DNA from: Methanotrichaceae archaeon
Lineage (GTDB): Archaea; Halobacteriota; Methanosarcinia; Methanotrichales; Methanotrichaceae
NCBI GenBank assembly: GCA_013178225.1
Contig: JABLXE010000015.1
Coordinates: forward strand, 1 to 64,000
DNA: 64,000 nt
Reading direction: 5' to 3'
Part shown: piece by piece, positions 41,805 to 51,075 of the stretch
Numbering within the stretch: position 1 is the first letter of the stretch
Layout: every line of letters begins with the position of its first letter
Notes under the pieces: generated by a model
What the model was told of the DNA's origin: nothing
What the model saw: only the letters and a program-made list of their open reading frames with translations
Database searches by the model: none
Program-made: the position numbers and the translations under genes

Positions 41805-43169
41805 TTAGCGGACAACAGGGCACTTGACCGACTTCCAGCCCGATAGTCCCCCCAGAATTACCGCCAGATTCTCCCAGCCTCGGGCCTCTAGGTAGCTGGC
41901 GGCAATCGTGGAACGCATGCCGCTTCCGCAGAAAATATAAACCTCCTGATCCCGAGAAACCTCTTTGTGCCTCTCCGGGATTTGAGTCACGTGAATATGC
42001 TGGGCTCCGGAGATGCGGCCGTTCCGCAAAAGCTCCTCATCGGACCTGACATCCAGCACCGCTGCTTCATGGCTTTGATCGATTGCCCGGCAGAACTCCT
42101 GCACGGTCACCGTCTTCAGAGAGCGGCTGTCCTTTCCGGACATGTGCCAGGCCAGCATTCCTCCGGAGAGGTACCCGGCGATGTTATCGTATCTCTCTCT
42201 GATCAGTATCCTTACAACTTCTTCAGGGTTGTTGCCCTCAGTCAGGAGAAGTATGGGCTGGTCGTAGCTGAGATACCAGCCGGCAAAGCTGGCCAGGCCG
42301 TCGGCCCAGATGAACTGCGAGCCGGGCACGTGTGCTGCCGAGAATCCCAGCTCCGTCCTGGTGTCCAGGACCTGCGCCCCTGCTGCCAGGGCCTCGAACT
42401 TTTGGGGAGAGAGAGGATTTGGAGTCGGCAGCCGCTCCATTAGCGGCTCACCTTCCAGATTCACTTTCTCCATCATGTTGAAATATGGCGGCTTCTCGGG
42501 CTGGGTTTTGGTCTGATTGGAGACGAACTCATCTTTGTTCCTGACCTGCAGCCTGGGGTTATGCTTGCGCTCAATTCCTATGGCGGTCCACAGTCGATCA
42601 GCAATGGACTCTCCGCAGACCGAGCCCGCACCGTGAGCCGGACAGACTATAACGTCGTCTCCTAACGGAAAGAGCCGGGAAAAGATGCTCTCGTAAAGAA
42701 GCCCGGCCATCTCTATAGCCCGGTCCCTGCCCAGGAGATCGGTTCTGCCCACGTCCCCGGCAAAGAGCGCGTCTCCGGAAAACAGAATCCAGGAGATGCC
42801 ATCAGCATCTCTGAGCAGATAGCTCATGCTCCCGGGAGTGTGTCCGGGGGTGTGCAGGGCTTCTATCTCCAGACGGCCGATCTTCCACCGTTGTCCGTCT
42901 TCTGCTGCTCTTCCGTATTCATACTCCCACTGATCATCAGCGTGCCAGATCTCGGCTCCCGTTGCCTGAGCCAGGGCAGAAGACCCCACGAAATAATCCT
43001 CGTTGCGGTGCGTCTCCAAGATGCGGGCGATCTTCATCCCCTCAGATGCGGCTTTTTCTATATAGATCTCGAAATCGCGTCTGGGGTCGATTGCCACTGC
43101 TGAGTCTTTATCGCCAACCAGGTATGAGTAATGGGCCAGGCCTTTGGATACTATTCTCTCGAAAAGCAT
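41805..43169 (-). CDS. Metallo-beta-lactamase-fold / rhodanese fusion protein (persulfide dioxygenase-sulfurtransferase-like)
   Basis: An MBL HxHxDH-type motif region (THRNEDYFVGSSALAQATG...LHTPGHTPGS) is followed by two rhodanese-like modules. The preferred start is the Met of MLFERIV at 43167-43169, which has a GGAGG ribosome-binding site 7 nt upstream. The track's 43310 start overlaps the next gene. Confidence 0.8.
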   Translation of the reverse strand: MLFERIVSKGLAHYSYLVGDKDSAVAIDPRRDFEIYIEKAASEGMKIARILETHRNEDYFVGSSALAQATGAEIWHADDQWEYEYGRAAEDGQRWKIGRLEIEALHTPGHTPGSMSYLLRDADGISWILFSGDALFAGDVGRTDLLGRDRAIEMAGLLYESIFSRLFPLGDDVIVCPAHGAGSVCGESIADRLWTAIGIERKHNPRLQVRNKDEFVSNQTKTQPEKPPYFNMMEKVNLEGEPLMERLPTPNPLSPQKFEALAAGAQVLDTRTELGFSAAHVPGSQFIWADGLASFAGWYLSYDQPILLLTEGNNPEEVVRILIRERYDNIAGYLSGGMLAWHMSGKDSRSLKTVTVQEFCRAIDQSHEAAVLDVRSDEELLRNGRISGAQHIHVTQIPERHKEVSRDQEVYIFCGSGMRSTIAASYLEARGWENLAVILGGLSGWKSVKCPVVR

Positions 43170-43188
43170 GATTCGCCTCCAAAGATGC

Positions 43189-44160
43189 TCATTTGCGGCT
43201 CTCGCCGACGATGGTCGAATTTTCGGGATGAGATGACCATTCCGTGAACGACCCTTCGTAGATCCTGACCTTCTCGTGGCCGAGATAGAATTTGAAGAAC
43301 AGGAACTCATTGGTGGCCTCGCGCCCCGTGCCGCAGTATATGATGAGGGTCTTTTCCGGCGTGATATCGAACCTGGATATCAGCTGCTTCAGCTCGGAAT
43401 CCGGCTTCATCAGCTTGGAGTTCTCTTCGGCCATGAGCGAACGCCAGGGAAGGCTGTTGGCCCCTGGAATGTGGCCTTTCTTGATCCACAGGCCTCCCTC
43501 CTTGTAGAACTCAAAGGGACGGGCATCAAAGAGGATCACGTCAGAGCGGTCTTTGAGCTTTTTGAACTCATCATATTCCACAAAGAACTCGGATCTGACC
43601 TCGACCTTGAAATCCGATTCCTGCCATTGCGGAAATGCTTTCGTAAGCTCTCCACCCTCTTCTTTCCACTTCTCAAGTCCGCCGTCCAGGATGAAGATCT
43701 TATTGTGACCAAACCGGATCAGGGAGTAGGCCATCATGGTCTGCTCCAGGCCGTCGCCAAGACCCGAGGTGCACTTGCTGTACCTCCCGGTGGCGGAATA
43801 GATTACTGTTGCGCGGTCGTTGTTGACTCCTGCGCGATCCAGCACTGGCTTTAGGGCCTCCGGTTGAACGTACATAGAGGGCAGCCGGTTCCAGGCAGAA
43901 CGGAGCAATCCTTCATTTAGATACACTGCATTGGGAAGGTGACCCATGATGTAATCGTGGACATTTGGCTGAACGTCCAGAATAGTGAGATCTGGATCGT
44001 TCACATGTTCTGCCAGCCATTCTGTTGATACCCATTTAACGAGGCTCTCACCCGAAGGAAAAGGATAGCGCTTCATGCATATCTCCACCAGTGATAAATT
44101 TTCGAAAGAGATGCTTGAAGACAGAAAGTCTACATGCATCGGTACGATATTATATTGCAC
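43189..44160 (-). CDS. Tandem-rhodanese sulfurtransferase (thiosulfate/3-mercaptopyruvate sulfurtransferase-like)
   Basis: There are two rhodanese domains. The C-terminal one has the active-site loop IIYCGTGREATNEF, and the N-terminal one is the inactive type. Confidence 0.8.
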   Translation of the reverse strand: MQYNIVPMHVDFLSSSISFENLSLVEICMKRYPFPSGESLVKWVSTEWLAEHVNDPDLTILDVQPNVHDYIMGHLPNAVYLNEGLLRSAWNRLPSMYVQPEALKPVLDRAGVNNDRATVIYSATGRYSKCTSGLGDGLEQTMMAYSLIRFGHNKIFILDGGLEKWKEEGGELTKAFPQWQESDFKVEVRSEFFVEYDEFKKLKDRSDVILFDARPFEFYKEGGLWIKKGHIPGANSLPWRSLMAEENSKLMKPDSELKQLISRFDITPEKTLIIYCGTGREATNEFLFFKFYLGHEKVRIYEGSFTEWSSHPENSTIVGESRK

Positions 44161-44325
44161 TTTTCTAATTTATCTAATTATCCCGACATCATCAATATCA
44201 ATCGGCCAGCCCGTCAGTCGGACTTCGCCAGATTTATGCTTCATTCTTCGATATCAATTGACTTCAGTTAACCTGACCCGGATCGATCCGGCTTTCTTCG
44301 GATTTCGAAATTCTCATGGGAAGCC

Positions 44326-44814
44326 TCATAGGTTCAGCCACCAGATCGAGATGTTGAGGAAGGCGGCGAAGCTTACCCATAGGATATATGGTACCATAAG
44401 AAGTGCTGCGGCCCTGGATATCGGAAGAAATCTGATGATGGTGAGCAGTATCAGCGCCCATAAGATCAATATCACCACTATCCCCGCGAGCGGCGATTTC
44501 AGTCCGAAGAAAGCCAGGCTCCAGAGCACATTTACTACCAGCTGGAGGGCGAAGATGATCAGCGCTGCCTTGACCTCAGGCTTTTCTGTTCCTTCTCTTA
44601 TCACCAGAAATAATGCAAGGCCCATCAGAGTGTACAGGATTATCCAAACCAGGCCGATGAACCATCCCGGTGGAGTGAACGCCGGTTTGATCAGTGTTGG
44701 GTACCAGCCCTCTAGCGAGCTGGCGGTGAAAAATGATCCCGCAATTCCTGCAGCCTGACATATCAATATGCTCAGCACGAGCTTAGGGATTTCCCCCTGT
44801 CTGATGTCGTACAT
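44326..44814 (-). CDS. tspO: TspO/MBR (tryptophan-rich sensory protein) family membrane protein
   Basis: The protein is 162 aa with five TM segments and a W/F-rich pattern (GWYPTLIKPAFTPPGWFIGLVWIILY...NVLWSLAFFG). Confidence 0.75.
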   Translation of the reverse strand: MYDIRQGEIPKLVLSILICQAAGIAGSFFTASSLEGWYPTLIKPAFTPPGWFIGLVWIILYTLMGLALFLVIREGTEKPEVKAALIIFALQLVVNVLWSLAFFGLKSPLAGIVVILILWALILLTIIRFLPISRAAALLMVPYILWVSFAAFLNISIWWLNL

Positions 44815-44873
44815 AATGCAAAACCTCGGGTCTATTAAGCAAATTTGTTAGGAGTGTTCTATGGACCTGGATT

Positions 44874-45260
44874 CTAATTTAATTTTTCCTGTGCTTCGAA
44901 TCTCAGCTCCTCGTCTTCAGCCCTCCATCTGGGAAAAACTATGCATAGAAATCTCAGATCTTCTGCGCCGTTATTTTCCAGGTGCTGCCAGGAGCCAGGA
45001 GGAATGAATGCCGCCTGACCAGCCTGGATGAATTCCTCCTGCTCATCGATAGAGATCCTGGCCTTTCCCTGGATGATGAAATATACTTCAGATGATCCTT
45101 TCAGACGATGGGCCAGAGAAGATCCTCCTGGACCAAGAATGGCATAGGCAATGCTATATGGGATTTCGATCTTTTCTCTGTCCGGATGCATGAGTTCGCA
45201 GATTGAGGTTTTGTCCAGAGCTTCAAACCATCTACATTCATTTTGATCTTTAATAATCAT
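44874..45260 (-). CDS. Cupin-domain protein
   Basis: The protein is 128 aa with a beta-barrel cupin pattern (HPDREKIEIPYSI...GSWQHLENNG). Confidence 0.55.
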   Translation of the reverse strand: MIIKDQNECRWFEALDKTSICELMHPDREKIEIPYSIAYAILGPGGSSLAHRLKGSSEVYFIIQGKARISIDEQEEFIQAGQAAFIPPGSWQHLENNGAEDLRFLCIVFPRWRAEDEELRFEAQEKLN

Positions 45261-45503
45261 GGATATCTCTCGCTAATCAGCTCTTGAGGATGAGCATGAC
45301 TCAGACATAAATTTTCCTGAGGATCGAAAATGAATCCTGATTCGGATCTTAAAGGCTTGGTTTTGCTGATTGTAACCCTTCAATTTTTGGTTATTATTTC
45401 GTCTACTGATTTAAGATTTGAACCACCTTTTATTAGATACTCTTAGGAGAATCTATTCCTACTGCCTTATAATAAATACGGTATAACTTTTTAATAAAAA
45501 TTC

Positions 45504-46469
45504 ATGGGAGGAGATATGAGATATATATTGGCGACCATGGCTATGCTGGTTGTCCTTTTCTCAGCAGGCGCAGCTGCCGATGAAAAGATTGTAATCCCCA
45601 GCATACCCAGCGTAGCTGCCACAACCAGCACGTATGTTATGCCCGATGTGCCAATGCCAAGCATAACCAGTTGCGAGAACCCGACCAGCTCTAGCTGCCC
45701 GACTACTTGCGGTTGTATTACCAGCCTTGGATGTCCGAGCGGATCCACCTGTCCAACCGGGTCTGGATGCCCCACCGGTTCGTACTGCATTTCAGGTCCC
45801 GGTTGTGCTTCAGGTCCTGGCTGCAGCACCAACTCCTACTGTCCAACTACTTGCGGCTGTGCGACAGGGGCCCTCTGTCCGACAGGATGCGATTGTGCAA
45901 CCCAATCAAGCTGCCCTACAGGCCCAGGATGCACAACCAACGCCAACTGCCAGACATGCTCTGACTGTCCAACCGGCTCGTCCTGCCCGACCGGGGGAGA
46001 ATGCACAACCAGTTGCCACTGCCAGACATGCTCTGACTGTCCAACCGGCTCGTCCTGCCCGACTGGAGGAGAATGCACAACCAGTTGCCACTGCCAGACA
46101 TGCTCTGACTGTCCAACCGGCTCGTCCTGCCCGACTGGAGGAGAATGCACAACCAGTTCCTACTGCCAGACATGCTCTGACTGTCCAACCGGCTCATCCT
46201 GCCCGACCGGGGGAGAATGCACAACCAGTAGCCACTGCTCAACGTGCTCCGAATGTCCAACTGGAACCAAATGTCCAACTGACTCCGGCTGTCCCAGTGG
46301 TGTAAGGTGTCCGAGCACCAGCAGGTATCCAACAGCTGGGGAGTGTCCCACAGGTTCGAACTGTCCCAGCGGCGGCAGATGTCCCACAGGGACGGGTTGC
46401 TGTGTTTGCGGCCTGTGTCCTACCGGGAGCGGATGCTCGACATCGTGCAGTGATTATCGGTCCGGCTAA
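45504..46469 (+). CDS. Secreted, extremely Cys-rich CPTGS-heptad repeat protein (about 20% Cys)
   Basis: A signal peptide is followed by about 250 aa made of C-P-[TS]-G-[SG]-x-C style heptads, including four near-identical 24-aa units (CQTCSDCPTGSSCPTGGECTTS[CS][HY]). A purine-rich ribosome-binding site (GGGAGGAG) precedes the ATG. Confidence 0.7.
   Translation: MGGDMRYILATMAMLVVLFSAGAAADEKIVIPSIPSVAATTSTYVMPDVPMPSITSCENPTSSSCPTTCGCITSLGCPSGSTCPTGSGCPTGSYCISGPGCASGPGCSTNSYCPTTCGCATGALCPTGCDCATQSSCPTGPGCTTNANCQTCSDCPTGSSCPTGGECTTSCHCQTCSDCPTGSSCPTGGECTTSCHCQTCSDCPTGSSCPTGGECTTSSYCQTCSDCPTGSSCPTGGECTTSSHCSTCSECPTGTKCPTDSGCPSGVRCPSTSRYPTAGECPTGSNCPSGGRCPTGTGCCVCGLCPTGSGCSTSCSDYRSG
45951..46238 (+). 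repeat. Four tandem copies of a 72-bp unit inside the Cys-rich protein gene
   Basis: Units start at 45951, 46023, 46095 and 46167 (CAGACATGCTCTGACTGTCCAACCGGCTCGTCCTGCCCGAC...). There are no more than 3 substitutions per unit. The unit is in-frame (24 codons). Confidence 0.9.
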
Positions 46470-46547
46470 CCCGACCAATAGAGCTAATATTTTTTTTTAA
46501 AAATTATAATTTAAATTGTGATGAATTGAGGTCCGTTCCAGCGGTAA

Positions 46548-46886
46548 TCAGGTCCTGAGTCTCGCCAGAAGAACGCAAGCTGTCCGTCCACCTGAGTAGA
46601 ACTCCAGAGCGGCCCTGGCCACACTCGAGCTGAATTCAGGACGAACCCTGATGCAGACTCCAATCCCTTTGCCGCAAATGGCGAAGGCCACTGCCAGATG
46701 CCCCAGATCGGGGTACACCTGAGCGTTGTTTCCCAGGGTGCAGCCGGATACAGCCTGTACTTCGTCGGCAAAGCAGGCGTTAAACTCTACCAGGGCCAGA
46801 TTTCGCTTTAAATCTCCCATTCTTCTATCTTCTGCGGAGATTTGTGGTGGTTCCGTTTCGCTCAATCCAACCATCTCTAAATCCAA
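46548..46886 (-). CDS. Small FmdE-domain-like protein (C-terminal-half motif only)
   Basis: NACFADEVQAVSGCTLGNN matches the FmdE-family C..D..Q...TGCT.GK motif. The HxCPG half is absent. Confidence 0.35.
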   Translation of the reverse strand: MDLEMVGLSETEPPQISAEDRRMGDLKRNLALVEFNACFADEVQAVSGCTLGNNAQVYPDLGHLAVAFAICGKGIGVCIRVRPEFSSSVARAALEFYSGGRTACVLLARLRT

Positions 46887-46896
46887 CCGTCTCTGA

Positions 46897-47418
46897 TTAA
46901 AGTTTCCTTAGCTCGTCTACCGCTCTCAGGATTACGGACCTGATCTTCTCCCGATCGGTACCAGTCTCCAGGAGATCAGCAACCTGGTGAATCAGTAGAG
47001 CGAGCAGCTCCATATGTTCATTTACGGGAACTCTCATTCCTCGGTGAAGGTTATGCATATCTTTCATCAGATCCTGAACATCGCCCTCCTCGAATGTTTC
47101 GCTGGCCAGGGCTATGGATCGATGAAGCTTATTGATAAATTCATGTTTGGCGTCATTTATCTGAGCAACGTGTTCCCGGCCGGTATCCGTCAGGCTGTAG
47201 TAGGTCTTGCCATCCTCCATCCTTCCCGATATCCAGCCTTCCCGTTCCATCTTCTTCAATAAGGGATAGATCGACCCTGTGCTGGGTTTCTTGCCGGTAA
47301 TCGCTTCCACTTTCTTTATTATATCGTAGCCGGATGCCTCACCATCCTTCATAATGTGAAGCATAATCATCTTCAAGATGCCAGTTGCCATTAGATCTGT
47401 ATCGCTATATCGATGCAT
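46897..47418 (-). CDS. PadR-family transcriptional regulator
   Basis: The N-terminal winged helix (ILKMIMLHIMKDGEASGYDIIKKVEAITG...PSTGSIYPLLKKMEREGWISG) is followed by a C-terminal dimerisation helix. Confidence 0.8.
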   Translation of the reverse strand: MHRYSDTDLMATGILKMIMLHIMKDGEASGYDIIKKVEAITGKKPSTGSIYPLLKKMEREGWISGRMEDGKTYYSLTDTGREHVAQINDAKHEFINKLHRSIALASETFEEGDVQDLMKDMHNLHRGMRVPVNEHMELLALLIHQVADLLETGTDREKIRSVILRAVDELRKL

Positions 47419-47527
47419 ATATCGCTGTTGGTTATTCTTCCAGTCGGTCTATTCACTCGATCAAACCTTTACATCATATCGATTTAGACATATCTATACA
47501 GATACATATACTTTTTGAGCCAACCGT
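47401..47527 (-). promoter_or_regulatory. PadR upstream region: TATA-like element plus ATATCGAT palindrome boxes
   Basis: ATATCGAT occurs at 47406 and 47477, an ATATCGCT variant is present, and TACTTTTTGAGCCAACCG is shared with the promoters at 48714 and 51123. Confidence 0.35.
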
Positions 47528-47609
47528 GCTATAAAGTATAATTATTATCCATAAATTTCATAATAAATAGAAGAAAAGATGGAAAAGATTGCCATCTCGT
47601 CCAATTAGT

Positions 47610-48695
47610 TTAAGAAGATTCAACTCCCAGCACCTTCAGAGGATTGATGCCTGCGCCCTGAAGGACCTGGAGATCGTTCAAGCTCTCCAGATGAAACTCC
47701 TTTATTGTAGAAACGAAGTCCTCGGGGGAGTTGGCTGAGTCCATCAGAATCTCGTCCATCTTCAGCCTCCATGCCCAGGCGGGCCAGGTGTCGGAGTGGC
47801 TCATGTTAAAGCCCTTATCAAGGTCGAATCCCAGCACCAGGCCGTCACCTGAATTGGACGACGCATTCCAGCGGACAAATATTCCGGCCACGCTGGTATT
47901 GTATTTTTTCTTCAAGGCATTGGTCTCGTCTGTGGTGAGGTATTTGACGAACATGCCGCTCTTTCCGGGGGTGCAGTCCCATGCTGCCAGGAAGTAGTCC
48001 TCTTTGCACCAGTTGGGACAGCTTATAACCTTGTAGCTCTGGTTATTATAATCGGTAATCGGGAGCTTATCCTCGACATACTTTGCCTCCAAGAAGCCGC
48101 TGGAGATTCCAGGGCAGAGGTGATCGTGCAGCTCGACCGCTTTCATGAATATGTATGTGGCATTTTCGTGGGCCCACATGTTGGCGATGGGAAGCATGTG
48201 ATCAAAGAATCCCGGTTTCCAGGTATCCTTATTGGCCAGGACGTGGTCAATGTTAATCTTATCCGTTTTCTGGACCTCAAAACCTGTAGCGTTAGCGTTT
48301 ACCTTCATGTAGACAGCCTTGCCGGTGCTCTTATCAAAAAAGCCAAACCATAGCGGTTTCCATGGCGGACTTTGTACATCGACGAGGTTTTCCTTGCCCG
48401 GTGTGCAACCAGAAATATCCATCAATGCATCCAGGCACAAATTTGTGGTCTGACCATTGATCACCGGATATCCGGCATTGGTGAGCGTCAGCACATTCAC
48501 ATCACCCTTCTCGAATCCAAGCTCATCCATGGCATGGTTCGCGGCATCCGCGCCCAGCTGGTACATATCCACTTCGCTGCAAAGAGCCATTCCAGGCAGC
48601 ATAGCTATTATGAGCAGAATTGATACTGCAAATCGATCTATTCTCACATTCTCACCTTTTTGTCTCCTTTCATATGAATATATCTTTATCGACAT
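47610..48695 (-). CDS. Secreted FmdE-domain protein, paralog A
   Basis: Both FmdE motif halves are present but in permuted order (LTNAGY...CLDALMDISGCTPGKENL, then HDHLCPGISSG and a second pair CPNWC). A signal peptide (MSIKIYSYERRQKGENVRIDRFAVSILLIIAMLPGMALC) is present, with a start at ATG 48695 or GTG 48644. It shares HDHLCPG...YKVISCPNWCKED with the 57308..58366 protein. Confidence 0.7.
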   Translation of the reverse strand: MSIKIYSYERRQKGENVRIDRFAVSILLIIAMLPGMALCSEVDMYQLGADAANHAMDELGFEKGDVNVLTLTNAGYPVINGQTTNLCLDALMDISGCTPGKENLVDVQSPPWKPLWFGFFDKSTGKAVYMKVNANATGFEVQKTDKINIDHVLANKDTWKPGFFDHMLPIANMWAHENATYIFMKAVELHDHLCPGISSGFLEAKYVEDKLPITDYNNQSYKVISCPNWCKEDYFLAAWDCTPGKSGMFVKYLTTDETNALKKKYNTSVAGIFVRWNASSNSGDGLVLGFDLDKGFNMSHSDTWPAWAWRLKMDEILMDSANSPEDFVSTIKEFHLESLNDLQVLQGAGINPLKVLGVESS

Positions 48696-48740
48696 GTCTA
48701 TGAGATATAAATATGTTTTGACTAATTCGTAACCATAATT
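48672..48740 (-). promoter_or_regulatory. Promoter of FmdE paralog A: TATA box plus operator-like box
   Basis: On the minus strand TTTATATCTCAT reads as a TATA box, with TATCGACATGTCTA just downstream. The approximately 90-bp block ATGAGATATAAATATGTTTTGACTAATTCG...ATTTCATAAGAATTGATCCAAGG is about 85% identical to 51109-51190. Confidence 0.4.
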
Positions 48741-48819
48741 ATGATTATTTAACATTTATTTCATAAGAATTGATCCAAGGGACAGGAAAGATTTAAATTT
48801 TAAAAATTAAAATTATTTT

Positions 48820-49833
48820 TTATTTTTTAGCTATATCAATATCCATCGGCCCCCACCCAGTTTGGATGGTGCGAGACCGTACCGATCTGAATCCGGCCTT
48901 CAGCATGGCATCGGCAATGAAGCCCTGCTCGAAGGCCATCATCGGCCCGTTCATGGCCCAGCCCACAGTACAGAGCACATAGAAGTCCGGCTTCGTTCCC
49001 TCATCAGTAAGGCCTTCAGAAAGGTTCACGAAAAGGCCGCCGGGATTGAGGGCCTCGTAGATCTTCTTCATAACCGCGTCCATATTTTCTCGGGCGAAGT
49101 TGAGGGTGGCACTTGCCCAGATGAGATCGTAACCCTCACCGATGGGATCAAGATTGTAATCTCCGGCAAGAACCTCCATCCGGCCTTCCATTCCATACTC
49201 TTTGATGAACCTCTCCGCAACCTCGACCACAGGCTTTCGGTCAAAGATCACTCCCCTCATAGTGGGATGCTTTGCGACCATTGAAATTCCGAAGATGCCA
49301 GGACCGCCGCCCAGATCCAGCATCTTTTGAAATGATGAGAACCCCGGCTGCAGAGAGACCAGATCGGACATCTGCTGGGCAATTCCTGCTCGTTCATTAT
49401 TGGCCATCCAGGATGCAAACTGGCTCCATTTTTGAGGATCGGCATCGTCCTCCTCAGACTTTGCCGGCGGTCCCTCTCGGATCATCTTTGTCAGGTTTGT
49501 CAGCATCGCATCGGTCATGGAGGCCTGATGGGCAAACCCTTCTCCCAAATAGGTCGGGCTTCCCTCAACCAGAAAAGCCTGCGCAATTGGTGCGTTCCGA
49601 TAGAGGCCGTTATGCTTTTCTATCAGGCCGCAGGCGGCCAGGCCATTTAAAAATAGCATGGTGTTCCGGGATTGACCTTCGATCTCCTTCGCCACGTCCT
49701 CTGCTGATTTGGGCTCGGATAGCTGGTTAAAAACTTTTAGCTCGATTCCACTCATCAGCAGCTTGGCTTTAATAGGAGCATAAAGCATCCTGTAAAGCTC
49801 CTCGCAGCTGACATTTACCTCTGGCAGATTCAT
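48820..49833 (-). CDS. Class I SAM-dependent methyltransferase, O-methyltransferase family-2-like (N-terminal dimerisation/winged-helix plus MTase)
   Basis: Motif I is LDLGGGPGIFGISMV. An acidic residue after beta-2 (VIFDRKPV) is present, and the length fits the plant/bacterial OMT-type fold. Confidence 0.65.
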   Translation of the reverse strand: MNLPEVNVSCEELYRMLYAPIKAKLLMSGIELKVFNQLSEPKSAEDVAKEIEGQSRNTMLFLNGLAACGLIEKHNGLYRNAPIAQAFLVEGSPTYLGEGFAHQASMTDAMLTNLTKMIREGPPAKSEEDDADPQKWSQFASWMANNERAGIAQQMSDLVSLQPGFSSFQKMLDLGGGPGIFGISMVAKHPTMRGVIFDRKPVVEVAERFIKEYGMEGRMEVLAGDYNLDPIGEGYDLIWASATLNFARENMDAVMKKIYEALNPGGLFVNLSEGLTDEGTKPDFYVLCTVGWAMNGPMMAFEQGFIADAMLKAGFRSVRSRTIQTGWGPMDIDIAKK

Positions 49834-49887
49834 TGAGATTTCTCCTATTTCTGAAGTTGTATTGGGCGATCACTTGACAAGGTCAAT

Positions 49888-51060
49888 TCAGGTTATCTCC
49901 AGGTAGCGCAAAAGCTGCGCGTCAATAAGCTCGTTTGCCTTCTCATCGTCCACGTCGTAAAGCTCTCTGAAGTAATCCTCGATCCACTCTTCGAGATCGA
50001 TGTCCTCGAAACGATCTGGATATATTGCCTTCGCCGCTATCATCAGATGTATTGGAAATTCAAGCCGTTCATCCCTGTAAGGTGTAGCCGCAAGTGAATG
50101 TACCCGTTCGTCTTTTAGGGCTTTTAGCTCCTGGACTTTTTCAAACTGGCTGCCGTTATACATTACACTGGGAGGATGGTAGCCGGAGTATGTCGGCAAT
50201 ATTATCACATCGGGATCTATGGATAAAAGGCGCTCAGCTGAGATGAGCTCTGTATTGGTGCCGTCATAAGCGTTCTTGGCATTGATTATGTCCTCCAGGA
50301 ATGCTGATTCGATGGTGTCTGTGCCAAAGGCATAACCTGCGCCTCCTTTGTCCTTCGCGTAAGAGGACGCACCGAAGTACAGAACACGGGGACGATCTTT
50401 TTCTGAAACATCATTTGTCCTCTCCCTGATCAGCTCCACCTGTTCTTTCATGAGGTCAACGATCTTCTCTGCCTTCTCCTGTTTTCCAAATACCTCTCCC
50501 AGGAGCCTGACCTCTTCATAAATGGTGCTGACGCTCACATCATCATAGCAATCGGGATACTTCAATACCACAACGGGTATCTCCAGCCGCGACACTGCGT
50601 CCAGGAATTTAGCAGTATTTTCATCATCTGCACCCTGATCCCTCATTATTAAAAGATCCGGATCAAGTGAGGCTACAACCTCTACGTTGGGTGCAACTCC
50701 AAGGGGCCCGCCAAAAGCTCCTACATTGGTGAGATTTCGATACTCCGGATTGAGCACAAAGGAGATAAAAGGGCATATGCGATGGATTTCATTGTCATAA
50801 GTATAGTTGCCGTATCCATTGTCCTTATTGTATATGCTTCCGCCTACCAGCTTATCCTGCACGCCGAATGCATACATGGTCGTGTCTATAATTCCTCGGC
50901 TGATCGCGATGACCCTCTGCGGATCCTCCGGGATCGAAACCTGGACTCCGCGCATGTCGGTTACTGTCTTATAATCCTCTGCGACAACCGACACCACCTG
51001 CATAGCGACTATCGCCATTAAGATAGATAAAATCTGCATTCTTTTGGATTTTGTGATCAT
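49888..51060 (-). CDS. ABC-importer substrate-binding protein, FecB/BtuF (iron-siderophore/corrinoid) type
   Basis: A signal peptide is followed by a class III PBP pattern (two lobes linked by a long helix). LSIDPDVIIL and VVASLDPDLLIM are typical FecB blocks. Confidence 0.8.
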   Translation of the reverse strand: MITKSKRMQILSILMAIVAMQVVSVVAEDYKTVTDMRGVQVSIPEDPQRVIAISRGIIDTTMYAFGVQDKLVGGSIYNKDNGYGNYTYDNEIHRICPFISFVLNPEYRNLTNVGAFGGPLGVAPNVEVVASLDPDLLIMRDQGADDENTAKFLDAVSRLEIPVVVLKYPDCYDDVSVSTIYEEVRLLGEVFGKQEKAEKIVDLMKEQVELIRERTNDVSEKDRPRVLYFGASSYAKDKGGAGYAFGTDTIESAFLEDIINAKNAYDGTNTELISAERLLSIDPDVIILPTYSGYHPPSVMYNGSQFEKVQELKALKDERVHSLAATPYRDERLEFPIHLMIAAKAIYPDRFEDIDLEEWIEDYFRELYDVDDEKANELIDAQLLRYLEIT

Positions 51061-51075
51061 GGTTTCCTCCTGATA

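Noticed and set aside
41805-43310. The 501-aa version of the MBL-rhodanese ORF, with a 47-aa Ser/Arg-rich N-terminal extension
   Set aside because: The extension overlaps the neighbouring gene (43189..44160) on the same strand. A Met with a GGAGG ribosome-binding site at 43169 gives a normal MBL N-terminus.
45491-46478. Multiple long ORFs on both strands (45491..45832, 45707..45964, 45727..46305, 45836..46150, 45916..46332, 46160..46387, 46239..46478) overlapping the Cys-rich protein gene
   Set aside because: They are generated by the 72-bp tandem repeat and by GC-rich codon periodicity. Only the frame with a signal peptide, a ribosome-binding site and a coherent heptad structure (45504..46469) is plausible.
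47610-48755. The N-terminal 20-37 aa extension of the FmdE paralog A ORF (MLNNHNYGYELVKTYLYLID...)
   Set aside because: It is AT-rich and has a non-protein-like composition. It also contains the conserved promoter block shared with 51101-51190. The signal peptide starts at the internal Met (48695) or GTG (48644).
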